Below the pieces are notes generated by a model that worked only from the letters and a program-made list of their open reading frames with translations, ran no database searches and was not told where the DNA came from. Shown piece after piece: positions 63,905-64,000 of a DNA stretch of 64,000 bases. The first letter of the stretch is position 1, and the number at the start of each line of letters is the position of its first letter. The stretch covers positions 1 to 64,000 of the forward strand of contig JYFJ02001627.1 in NCBI GenBank assembly GCA_000934665.2. Direction: 5' to 3'. Origin of the DNA: Catajapyx aquilonaris (lineage: Eukaryota). The position numbers and the translations under genes were made by a program.

Positions 63905-64000
63905 GTTATTATTATACCTTGTAAAATGTTTGCAGGGGATAATAAGAAAATACGGGTTTGCTATTAATTTTGCGCATGGTATGCAGTTAATAGGGCTACT

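Overview
Eukaryotic, most likely non-dipteran arthropod, genomic DNA: it has (TTAGG)n tracts, tRNA-derived SINEs and long spliceosomal introns. One protein-coding gene is supported, a + strand Sidestep/nephrin-like immunoglobulin-superfamily cell-surface protein. Six coding exons (9319-9463, 27892-28022, 32619-32778, 52498-52791, 53578-53874, 63190-~63570) splice in frame through GT-AG junctions. They encode the end of one Ig domain, two complete Ig domains, an FN3 domain, a transmembrane helix and a polyQ-containing cytoplasmic tail. The 5' exons, and probably the last exons, lie outside the window. The introns (about 0.8-19.7 kb) hold at least four tRNA-headed SINE families, many MITEs/foldback elements (TA, TTAA, 7-bp and 8-bp TSDs), a Helitron-like element, an element carrying telomeric repeats, decayed retroelement and mariner fragments, and microsatellites. 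The most notable observations are: three SINE families with different tRNA heads sharing one 3' tail; a head-to-head SINE chimera; a Helitron with an identical 12-mer at both ends; a GTGGGGAC/TTAGG element present twice; and an old tandem duplication whose first copy preserves the empty sites of insertions in the second. I found no prokaryote-type system (CRISPR, operon) and no convincingly new protein-coding system. Nearly all ORFs in the supplied track are spurious. All family assignments come from reading motifs, not from database searches.
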